64,000 nucleotides of DNA, from contig CAXXDV010000001.1 in assembly GCA_963674745.2 (NCBI GenBank), positions 1 to 64,000 on the forward strand, written 5' to 3'. Positions 47,933 to 56,067 of this stretch are shown here, piece after piece. Below the pieces are notes generated by a model, which did not search any database, was not told the DNA's origin, and saw nothing but the letters and a program-made list of their open reading frames with translations. Positions within the stretch are counted from its first letter, which is position 1. Every line of letters begins with the position of its first letter. A program made the translations under genes and the position numbers. Source of the stretch: Desulfosudaceae bacterium. Its GTDB lineage: Bacteria > Desulfobacterota > Desulfobacteria > Desulfobacterales > Desulfosudaceae.

Positions 47933-48730
47933 ATGACAGCCATGATGCCGGTATTATTCATTTCTCACGGGCCGCCGACAATTTTACTGATGGACACGCC
48001 TGTCGTGGATTTTTTAAAGCGCCTTGGTGAGCAAACGCCGTCTCCAAGCGCAATCATTTGCATATCCGCCCATTGGGAAGCGGTTAAGCCCACTTTCAGT
48101 TCCGGTGCCCGAAACGGGATCATTCATGATTTCGGTGGGCCACCTCAATTGTTTGATCAAACATATTCAGCCCTGGGATCGCCTGAACTGGCGCATGAGG
48201 CGATTGACCTGCTGACTGCCGCCGGCATCAATGCAGAAGAAAATCCGAAAAGAGATCTGGATCACGGGGCCTGGGTGCCCCTCAAACTGATGTTCCCAAA
48301 GGCCGACATTCCTATTGTGCAGCTTTCTATTCAGACGGATAAGGATACATCCCACCATTTTGAACTCGGCAAAGCACTCCGGCCATTGCGTCAAAAAGGC
48401 GTACTTATTATCGGCAGCGGCGGGGCGGTGCATAATCTTTATGACATCCATGGGCATAAAATCGATGACGCCCCGGTCGCTTACGCGGCCGCATTTGACC
48501 GATGGCTTCGGGAAAAGTTGATCTTTGGACAGGTTGATGAATTGATCGATTATCAAAAATGTGGGCCTGAACCCGAACAGAGTCACCCGTTTCCCGCCGA
48601 ACACTTTCTGCCTCTGTTTGTCAGCCTGGGGGCCAGCCTGCCGGAAGAAAAAGCCACTTTGATTCATCAGGGATTCATGTATGGAACCCTTTCCATGGCA
48701 GCCTATCGGTGGTCGAACAAGGAGGCATAG
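47933..48730 (+). CDS. LigB/DODA-type extradiol dioxygenase (YgiD-like)
   Basis: FISHGPP, ISAHW, DHGAWVPL, GSGGAVHNL, HP..EHFLPL, HQGF. Confidence 0.88.
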   Translation: MTAMMPVLFISHGPPTILLMDTPVVDFLKRLGEQTPSPSAIICISAHWEAVKPTFSSGARNGIIHDFGGPPQLFDQTYSALGSPELAHEAIDLLTAAGINAEENPKRDLDHGAWVPLKLMFPKADIPIVQLSIQTDKDTSHHFELGKALRPLRQKGVLIIGSGGAVHNLYDIHGHKIDDAPVAYAAAFDRWLREKLIFGQVDELIDYQKCGPEPEQSHPFPAEHFLPLFVSLGASLPEEKATLIHQGFMYGTLSMAAYRWSNKEA

Positions 48731-48808
48731 GCACTGACTTGATAACACATTGGCGATACCATATGGTTTCAGGGAAAGAACATAACGGTACAAAAGGAGG
48801 AAACAGCC

Positions 48809-49489
48809 ATGCCTTGCGCAAGTTGCCAAACGCAAACCTGCTTCACCGGGTCGGGTGAAATGCCGGCCGAATGCCCGGAGAGATATCGGGAAGAAAACAG
48901 ACGGCAGGAACCGGAAAACCGGTTTATCGAATACGCGAAACAAATACGCGACAAAAATGCCGACCGCCTTGATGAATTCATCGAATATGCCCGTTTCATG
49001 GCTTACAAAAGAATCGGGCTGGCGGGTTGTATCGGTCTTCACGACGAGTTGAGGGTCATCAGCGGCCTGTTGCAAAAGGCCGGATTTACGGTGGCATCCG
49101 TGATGTGCAAGACCGGAAGCCTGAAGAAAAAATTTGTCGGGGTGCCGGCCAAAAATCGTATGACAACCCAAACGGGCTACAACATTGGGGTGATTGCCTG
49201 CAACCCCGTGGCCCAGGCGCTTATACTGAACAAGGAGAAAACCGAACTGAACGGCATCATCGGGTTGTGCGCGGGACACGATTCCGTATTCATGAAGCAT
49301 TCCACGGCACCGGTAATCACCCTTATCGCCAAAGACCGTTCAAACGGGCACAACCCGGCCTCCATCCTGTACAATTTCTACGGCGACAATTTTTTCGCAA
49401 GAAGGCCGAACCCGAAAGGCGCCTTCAAATTCAATGCCAGGCATATCCGGCCGATTGATATTGCAAGAATGATCAAAAGAAAAATATAA
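48809..49489 (+). CDS. DUF1847 family metal-binding protein 1
   Basis: CASC..C..CP, KRIGLAGCIGL, SVMCKTG, CNPVAQA, GLCAGHDS, LIAKDR..HNP. Confidence 0.8.
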   Translation: MPCASCQTQTCFTGSGEMPAECPERYREENRRQEPENRFIEYAKQIRDKNADRLDEFIEYARFMAYKRIGLAGCIGLHDELRVISGLLQKAGFTVASVMCKTGSLKKKFVGVPAKNRMTTQTGYNIGVIACNPVAQALILNKEKTELNGIIGLCAGHDSVFMKHSTAPVITLIAKDRSNGHNPASILYNFYGDNFFARRPNPKGAFKFNARHIRPIDIARMIKRKI

Positions 49490-49499
49490 GGAACCGACA

Positions 49500-50099
49500 A
49501 TGAAAATGGCTCAATGCGCGTCCTGCTTCGAACAATTGTGTGTCGGCGGGACAAAACAAACAAAAGATTACTGCCCTGCTCACCTTTATCCGGAGATATA
49601 TAAAGACGCCGAAAAAATCTATCAGGAGGATAAGGAAACACGGTTAATGGCCAGAAATGCCGCTGTAATGGAATCCCGGGGGTATATCCTCTGGCCCCGG
49701 CTCAAGGATATCATCGAGTTCTCCAGAGCCATGAACCACCAAAAGATAGTGGTTCTTTTCTGCCCGGACGTATGGAGAGAAGCAAAAAAGACCGGCCGGA
49801 TACTTTCGGAAAACGGTTTTATCGTCGCTTCGAGAGTATGCGGAATCGGCAAATCAAGCCCTCAGGCACCGGATGAATACGCAGCCGAGATCAACGCCTT
49901 ATCCTTCGACATTGCCGTCAATGCCGGGCTTTGCGGCCCTTTTGAAGCCCGGGTCGTAAACTTGTTGAAATTCCCTGTGTCGACGTTTATTGCCAGGGAT
50001 AAAAAATTGAACAACCATCCGGCTTCGGCGGTTTATTTCTCCGATAAATGGCGGGACTGGGCCAAAGAGGTCTACCGCGATAAACTGGGACTGAAATAA
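49500..50099 (+). CDS. DUF1847 family protein 2 (degenerate paralog)
   Basis: CASC..C..CP, RLKDIIEF, GLC, FIARDK..NHP; lacks CNP and GHD. Confidence 0.7.
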   Translation: MKMAQCASCFEQLCVGGTKQTKDYCPAHLYPEIYKDAEKIYQEDKETRLMARNAAVMESRGYILWPRLKDIIEFSRAMNHQKIVVLFCPDVWREAKKTGRILSENGFIVASRVCGIGKSSPQAPDEYAAEINALSFDIAVNAGLCGPFEARVVNLLKFPVSTFIARDKKLNNHPASAVYFSDKWRDWAKEVYRDKLGLK

Positions 50100-50180
50100 A
50101 CTGCCCTTGTTTTTTAATCAAAGGCCGCGTTGAACAATATGAACACGCATACGGATTTCAGCATATGGTTTTAAAAAAAT

Positions 50181-50214
50181 AAAAAAGGCCCCGCCATTGA
50201 GCACGGGGCCTTTT
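50181..50214. terminator. Bidirectional intrinsic terminator
   Basis: AAAAAAGGCCCCG..CGGGGCCTTTT between convergent genes. Confidence 0.8.
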
Positions 50215-50248
50215 AAATCCATATCACAACCTACAGCTTCTCTTCCGG

Positions 50249-51226
50249 TTATCCCTGCGCGTTTTTCTCCAGTTCATCCAGCTTTTCCGGCTCCGAAACC
50301 GTAATATCCACCAGCGCCTTGGGAATCGAGCTCTGCTCACACATCACCCGGATCTCCTTTTCCTGGTCGCTGAATTCCAGGATTTCACGTATGGACTCGA
50401 TGTACTCGAGCATCTTGTCTCCGGGGATATCTTCCAGCGCCGGCCCCTCTGCCTCGGCCTTCTTCCGCGCGGCTTCTTCTTCGGCCAGTCGCTGCTTTTC
50501 TTTGAGCTCCTCTTCCATGGCTTTTTGGGCGGCATCAATGGCATCCTGGCCTACCTGGGCCATATCGAAAATCAATTCTTGCGAAACGTTATTCTCGATA
50601 AGAAACTTGACCTTCTCCTCGTCGGATTTATCGGCTACCTTTTCAAGGAGATTTTGGACTCTCTTACGTTCGGCAAGCTCCTGCTTGATCATTTCTTTTA
50701 CCTGGGCCAGTTTCTCTTCAGTAATTTCCAGGGCACTGATGATATTTTTTTCTTTCACTTTTTCCGCAATAAGGTAACGAATACCCTCATCTCCGGACAT
50801 GGTTTTGGCTTTGGCAACCATCAGATCAAGCCGGGCCTTTTCCACCATTTTGATCACATCCGGCCGGCGGTGGGAACGCTTGATCTTCGGCCAGGTTGCG
50901 ACAAGGTCATCAAGAAGTTTTGTGGTCGCCGTGTAGGCAGCGGTCATATCCTCGAGCGTCAATGCCCCCAAAGCTTCGTTCAAATCTTTCAGCAGGGGCC
51001 GGCCGACGCTACGCATGTCACTGACAGCCCACCGCAATTCAAGCAGATTGCCTCCCAGGCGCGAAACATTGTAACCCGTCCCGTCAAGGTCAGCGGCCAT
51101 TCGCTGGATTGTTGCTTCCAGGTTTTCGGCTTCAACATCCTGAGCGTCAAGCTCAAGGATTTTTTCCTCAATCAACAGCCAGAGCGGTTTTTGCTCCATG
51201 GTTTCACTTGTCGTCATTGTTTCCAT
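50249..51226 (-). CDS. Hypothetical charged, helical protein
   Basis: 325 aa, E/K-rich; AAGGAG RBS. Confidence 0.75.
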   Translation of the reverse strand: METMTTSETMEQKPLWLLIEEKILELDAQDVEAENLEATIQRMAADLDGTGYNVSRLGGNLLELRWAVSDMRSVGRPLLKDLNEALGALTLEDMTAAYTATTKLLDDLVATWPKIKRSHRRPDVIKMVEKARLDLMVAKAKTMSGDEGIRYLIAEKVKEKNIISALEITEEKLAQVKEMIKQELAERKRVQNLLEKVADKSDEEKVKFLIENNVSQELIFDMAQVGQDAIDAAQKAMEEELKEKQRLAEEEAARKKAEAEGPALEDIPGDKMLEYIESIREILEFSDQEKEIRVMCEQSSIPKALVDITVSEPEKLDELEKNAQG

Positions 51227-51483
51227 CTCCTTTTTGATAATTTAAATCAATACCCCATACGCTCGATGGCTTTTTTATAACCATGTTTTTAAATCCACGC
51301 GGGGATAAAAAAATCAACCTCTTTTTTTACAAAGACTATAAAGAAGGGCTTCTGCGAGTCAATAAAAAAGCTCACGATCCGACCAATCCGAACCGGATAT
51401 TTCATGAATCGATCCTGGTGTTTGTGCCTGTAAAAATATCGTATCCAGGTAAAATCCGTTTTTGTGAAGAAGAATACGTGGTC

Positions 51484-51813
51484 TTATTTTTTAATCAGAG
51501 GCATTTTTAAGGTAATATGTGTCTCGTTTTGCCACGGCCACAGCATGGCAAGAACGATGTATTCGCCGAAATCTTTTAGATATAAGGCCTGGCCCTTTCT
51601 GACGCCGCCAAAGGCCTTTGATATTTCCAGGTGGTCTTCGGACGGGTCCGCATCAAAAGGGTTTACCACCGGGCCCAGAAACTCCGTAAGCAGGTTATCC
51701 CATTTTTCAAAATGGTTTTTAAAGAAAACAAGCTCCAGATAGTCCTCCATCAGATAACGTCTGTCAAAGACCTCGAGAGAATCGAATTGCACATATATGT
51801 CAGATAATTTCAT
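51484..51813 (-). CDS. Hypothetical protein
   Basis: 109 aa, natural-looking composition (FGGVRKGQALY..AMLWPWQ). Confidence 0.6.
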   Translation of the reverse strand: MKLSDIYVQFDSLEVFDRRYLMEDYLELVFFKNHFEKWDNLLTEFLGPVVNPFDADPSEDHLEISKAFGGVRKGQALYLKDFGEYIVLAMLWPWQNETHITLKMPLIKK

Positions 51814-52058
51814 AAAGGATATCCCGAATTACAGTTCTCAGTTCAATAAGTAGACTATAGCAGAATAACACTCAGGCTGATAAAAATCAATTTGGAATCG
51901 ACAGGGTGTGTTATCAAAGGCACGGATAAAACCAGGAATAACCGCCGGAGTAACATCCCGGTAAAGGTGATGGTTTGTGTTTTGACAAAATGGCTTAAGT
52001 ACAATAAAACATTCTTAAACATCATTATAATAAGCCGAATTAAAAGAACCGAAATAAC

Positions 52059-52217
52059 ATGGCACACAACACGATTAAATCGAGTTATTCAAAATTGGTG
52101 GCCAGGCTGAACCGGTTTCCCCAGGGCGCACCACCATCAGATTTGTTGTACACAATATTAAAAATGAAAGGGTTGCGGACCAGCCGGCATTGCGGCAAAA
52201 AAAAGGAAAAAGTATGA
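52059..52217 (+). pseudogene. N-terminal remnant of a multi-Fe-S protein of the 40829/41952 type
   Basis: MAHNTIKSSYSKLVARLNRFPQGAPPSDLLYTILK resembles IYRELQERLDLFSIGFPPAPSGVEITILK; then unrelated codons and a TGA overlapping the next ATG. Confidence 0.6.
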
Positions 52218-53062
52218 TAAATGCCCAAGCAGTAAAAGAAATGATTAAAGGTGAAGGTATTGACCTGGTGGGTATCGCGAATGCCGGGACCCTGATCCTG
52301 GCCTATCCGCCCCGGCCGGCCACAGGGCTGATGCCGACCGCCAAAAGCGTGATTGTCATGGCCGTAGCCCACAGCCTGGGCGCTGTGTATTCCCCGGACA
52401 TCATGCTCTGGACCCGCAGCAAAATGCAGACCTCGCGGATACTTGATCAGACGGCTGAAAAAGTCGGCCGATGGTTCGAGACAGAAGGATTTCTGACCCT
52501 GCCGGTTTCATCCGACAAGCCGGTTGAAATTCACAAAAGAGATCCGAGGACCGGAAAAAAATTTCCCCAGACAAAAGTGGTGGGCCATCTTTCCCACAAA
52601 CACGCGGCCGTCAGCTGCGGGATGGGGGAAATCGGGGCCAACAACCTCCTGCTGACGCCCGAGTTCGGCCCGCATCAGCGGCTGTGCGCCATTATCACCG
52701 AAGCCCCCCTGGATGCCGATCCGCCGCGGGAGTTGAATTTGTGCAAAAAATGCGGCAAGTGCGCCAAAGCCTGCCCGTCCGGCGCCTTAAAAGACGGTAA
52801 ATATGATGTCGACCCCTGCTTCAACTACTGGACCTATGGTTTCAAACGTCCCCTGCCCAGAAAACTGGGAGACATCCCGGGATTTTTAAAAATGCTGGCC
52901 AGCCACAACAAACACCGGGACATCCTGATTGAATCCGGCCAGTCCTATATTACGGATGTGGACAACTGCATCGAATGCATGCGGGCCTGCCCGGTGGGCA
53001 GTCACTGGAAAACCATCCGGCCGAAGCAGATGGCCCCCCAGAAATCCGGCGGAACAGACTGA
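52214..53062 (+). CDS. QueG/reductive-dehalogenase-fold 2x[4Fe-4S] protein 4
   Basis: DLVGIA, AKSVIVMA, SHKHAAVSCGMGEIGANNLLLTPEFGP, IITEAPLDAD, CKKCGKCAKACP, C..CIECMRACP. Confidence 0.78.
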   Translation: MINAQAVKEMIKGEGIDLVGIANAGTLILAYPPRPATGLMPTAKSVIVMAVAHSLGAVYSPDIMLWTRSKMQTSRILDQTAEKVGRWFETEGFLTLPVSSDKPVEIHKRDPRTGKKFPQTKVVGHLSHKHAAVSCGMGEIGANNLLLTPEFGPHQRLCAIITEAPLDADPPRELNLCKKCGKCAKACPSGALKDGKYDVDPCFNYWTYGFKRPLPRKLGDIPGFLKMLASHNKHRDILIESGQSYITDVDNCIECMRACPVGSHWKTIRPKQMAPQKSGGTD

Positions 53063-53101
53063 TGCAGATGCCTTTTGAGGGTAAAACGATATTTCAAGGC
53101 G

Positions 53102-54079
53102 TCAGTTATTCAACGAGAAAATCTCAAATGCTTTTTTTTCATACCAGCATGAAAAAGGAACGCTGTTAATAAAACCGTTGTGGCCGCCGTACTTATGAAT
53201 GATAAGGTCGGTAATCTCATTTAACGTCAACCGGTGAAAATCGTCAATGGGTATGATGGGGTCATCCTCGGAAACGATCAGGGTAGTGGGAACCGGAATA
53301 TCCATTAAATAATCCCCGGTAACCCGGTAGCCATTAAGATATTCAAGGGTATCGCCATAATTGCTGTACCTTTCAAGCAGCAGATCCGTCAGTATTCTGA
53401 CTGACGGGGCTTTCAGCAAATCGTCAAAATGGTATAGATCCGGAAACAATTTTTCTTTTATCGCCAGGGAGCGCTTCCACTTTTTTAAAAAATACCCTCT
53501 TATCAGTTTATTGTTATCAATGACCGCTGTTGACGCGGCCGGATTGAGCCCGGGGCTGACGGCAATGATATGCTTTAAATTATCAATTTTCTCCGAGGCG
53601 CATCTTCTGGCGATACGGAGCGCGAAATTGCCGCCCAGAGAAAACCCGACAATAAAAGCCGGTTTGTTGTTTTCCATGGCCGCGGCCTGCTTGACCGAGT
53701 TGAAAACTTCATCAAGAATGATGGCAAAAAAGACACCCTCATTGAGATGGTGGCTTTCCCCATGGTCACGATAGTGAAGCCTGAAGATGGAGTAGCCCTT
53801 GCGGTACAAATATTTCCCGGTGCTTAAAATATAGGCTGAACGGGCGCTTCCTTCCCAGCCGTGAAGCAGGACAACAATTCCCAGGCATGGTTTTTCTGTC
53901 TGGCGCGACAAAAAGCCCTGCAGCCTTATGCCATTACCGGCCTCAAGGATGACCTCCTTTTCCGCTTTTACCATGGGGTTTTTGCCGAGGGTCCTGATCT
54001 TATTACTGGCCAGAACTGTCTGCAGATATCTGTTTTTCAAATATCCGGGAGGATTGAAGGTATAACTGTCATTTTTCAT
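53102..54079 (-). CDS. YheT-like alpha/beta hydrolase
   Basis: LHGWEGS, GFSLGG, EDDPII, GGHNGF. Confidence 0.88.
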   Translation of the reverse strand: MKNDSYTFNPPGYLKNRYLQTVLASNKIRTLGKNPMVKAEKEVILEAGNGIRLQGFLSRQTEKPCLGIVVLLHGWEGSARSAYILSTGKYLYRKGYSIFRLHYRDHGESHHLNEGVFFAIILDEVFNSVKQAAAMENNKPAFIVGFSLGGNFALRIARRCASEKIDNLKHIIAVSPGLNPAASTAVIDNNKLIRGYFLKKWKRSLAIKEKLFPDLYHFDDLLKAPSVRILTDLLLERYSNYGDTLEYLNGYRVTGDYLMDIPVPTTLIVSEDDPIIPIDDFHRLTLNEITDLIIHKYGGHNGFINSVPFSCWYEKKAFEIFSLNN

Positions 54080-54543
54080 GATTGTGTAAAAAACATGCTC
54101 AGCACTTCAGCGACACAGGCCGGTTTTTCTTCTCCCTCAATCTCTACCGTGTGTCTGGTTTTAACCAGAATTCTGCCTCCGGCTTTTTCCACTACATCCG
54201 CCAGTTCGATGCGGTCTCTGATTTTCGCATCCGATTTAACCGGATTGATGAGCCTTAATTTATCCATCCCGTAATTAACCGCCATTATCACGCCCTCCGG
54301 GATAACGGTATATTGCGCCGCGAAATAGGACAAAAGAGAGACGGTCAGATAACCGTGGGCAATGGTCTGTCCGAAAGGGCCGTTTTTTGCCGCCTCTTTA
54401 TCCACGTGTATCCACTGATGATCCAAGGTACAGTCGGCAAAAGTGTCTATGCGCTCCTGGTCCATCTGGAACCAGTCGGTTACGCCAAGCTCGCTTCCAA
54501 TCTGTTCTTTCATCTTTTCTAATGATAAAACCTGAACGGCCAT
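54076..54543 (-). CDS. MaoC family (R)-specific enoyl-CoA hydratase
   Basis: FADCTLDHQWIHVD, TIAHGYLT, KPACVAE. Confidence 0.9.
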   Translation of the reverse strand: MAVQVLSLEKMKEQIGSELGVTDWFQMDQERIDTFADCTLDHQWIHVDKEAAKNGPFGQTIAHGYLTVSLLSYFAAQYTVIPEGVIMAVNYGMDKLRLINPVKSDAKIRDRIELADVVEKAGGRILVKTRHTVEIEGEEKPACVAEVLSMFFTQS

Positions 54544-54631
54544 TATTCGCCTCCTGGTAACATGGTTTATGGTTTATTTTTTCATTGCATCATAGCTGTC
54601 CGGTGTCACGATTTCCTCTTCCCGATTTATT

Positions 54632-55183
54632 TCACTTTAACCTCTTATGGACTTTATCTGTAGAGACAAACTGGTCAGCCGGGCCGGACAATGTAAACGG
54701 CAACGGTTTCATCCGTTCCTTTTTCGTAAAGCCCCATGTACCGACGCCAAGATAAAGGTTGTCGTTGATCTTCCGGATTTCGTCCACCATGTTAATAAAA
54801 CCCAGCAATGATTTATAGGCCGTATAATCCAACTGAAAAACGGGCTTGCCATCAAAACGCGAACTAACAATAGCTGTTTTCATGGGGTATTTCCGGACGA
54901 TTCTGCCGGATTTCCTGAACGAGTTGTACCCGTGCCCTTCGGTTTCAGACAGAGGTTCAAAGCTTTTGCATAACCAGACGCCATCAAAAAATGACGTTTG
55001 CATGACAAATTGTGCCTGAAGGTTTTTTAACAGGCTGCCGTGGTCAGTTAAATTCGCCCGGTATTCTCCATGCATTTCTGTAAAGGCCGGTGCGGGCAGT
55101 GCTTTAAAGAGTTCCATCACCCGAACAAGTTTTAAACCCAGTATCTTCTGCACGGTCCATTCGGTCATGTTCCGCTCCTTCAT
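54632..55183 (-). CDS. Hypothetical protein (small beta-rich domain)
   Basis: ELFKALPAP..GEY..WLCKSF..SRFDGKP..LDY..DEIRKI..YLG; no firm family assignment. Confidence 0.7.
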   Translation of the reverse strand: MKERNMTEWTVQKILGLKLVRVMELFKALPAPAFTEMHGEYRANLTDHGSLLKNLQAQFVMQTSFFDGVWLCKSFEPLSETEGHGYNSFRKSGRIVRKYPMKTAIVSSRFDGKPVFQLDYTAYKSLLGFINMVDEIRKINDNLYLGVGTWGFTKKERMKPLPFTLSGPADQFVSTDKVHKRLK

Positions 55184-55204
55184 ATAATAGATGAGACAAG
55201 CACT

Positions 55205-56044
55205 CTAATCTTTATTCCACATTATCTTAGGTTTATTTCGTAAGGGCATGCGATAATATTTTACATCGGGATAGCCGACCATAAGCGCGCCGTAGCACCT
55301 GTTTTTTTCCGGAATGCCCAGCGCTTCCCTTAATGGCTGCCACTTTATCGTTGATAAGATCATGCCATTCCAGCAGGACCCGATCCCCATGACCGGCGCG
55401 GCCAGCTCCACATAGGCCAGGGCGGTAGCGCAATCTGTCGGATACAGGGCCGAAAACGGGGAAGCCCCGTGTTCAACATGGGTGATGATCAGGTGGGGCG
55501 CGTTCCGTGTGATCACATCGATGCCCATGTCCCAGGCGCCCACAAACATACCCAGGGATTTGTTTGCGGGAGAATCCGGATTCTGCGCGATCGCCTCCCG
55601 CATGGAATCAATCGCCAGGCCGGCACATCTTTTGACGTTGTCGACACCGCTGACGACAAGCCACTGCACCTCCTGGCCATTATGCGCCGTGGGCGCGTAG
55701 TGAGCCAGTTCGATCAGTTTTTCAAGGTCCTGTTGAGGGATCACCTGATCTTTAAACTGGCGTACGGACCGCCTTGTCCTGAACAATTGCTCAACCTGAT
55801 CCACGCCCACCTTAAGTTCTTTTTTTATCGGGGGGCAGGCTTCCACCGGCATCTGCTCATGGGAAATAGCGCCATGGGGACAGACGGCCACACAGTGTCC
55901 GCAATGAATACATACTTTTTCAGCGCCGGGATTTACGGCCGGGACAGCGTCAGGGCCTGCCTGAAAAATCAGCATAAAAGGGCATTCCCGTACGCACAAT
56001 CCGTCGCGCGTGCATTTTTCTTCATTAAAGGTCAACAGGGCCAT
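55205..56044 (-). CDS. Nitroreductase with N-terminal 2x[4Fe-4S] ferredoxin domain
   Basis: CTRDGLCVRECP, CIHCGHCVAVCP, RRSVRQF, APTAHN, GIGSCW, GYP. Confidence 0.9.
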   Translation of the reverse strand: MALLTFNEEKCTRDGLCVRECPFMLIFQAGPDAVPAVNPGAEKVCIHCGHCVAVCPHGAISHEQMPVEACPPIKKELKVGVDQVEQLFRTRRSVRQFKDQVIPQQDLEKLIELAHYAPTAHNGQEVQWLVVSGVDNVKRCAGLAIDSMREAIAQNPDSPANKSLGMFVGAWDMGIDVITRNAPHLIITHVEHGASPFSALYPTDCATALAYVELAAPVMGIGSCWNGMILSTIKWQPLREALGIPEKNRCYGALMVGYPDVKYYRMPLRNKPKIMWNKD

Positions 56045-56067
56045 TGGTTTTCCTTTCCCGTTATAGT

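Noticed and set aside
48167..49300. 377-aa minus-strand ORF
   Set aside because: Overlaps two motif-supported plus-strand genes; no recognisable features.
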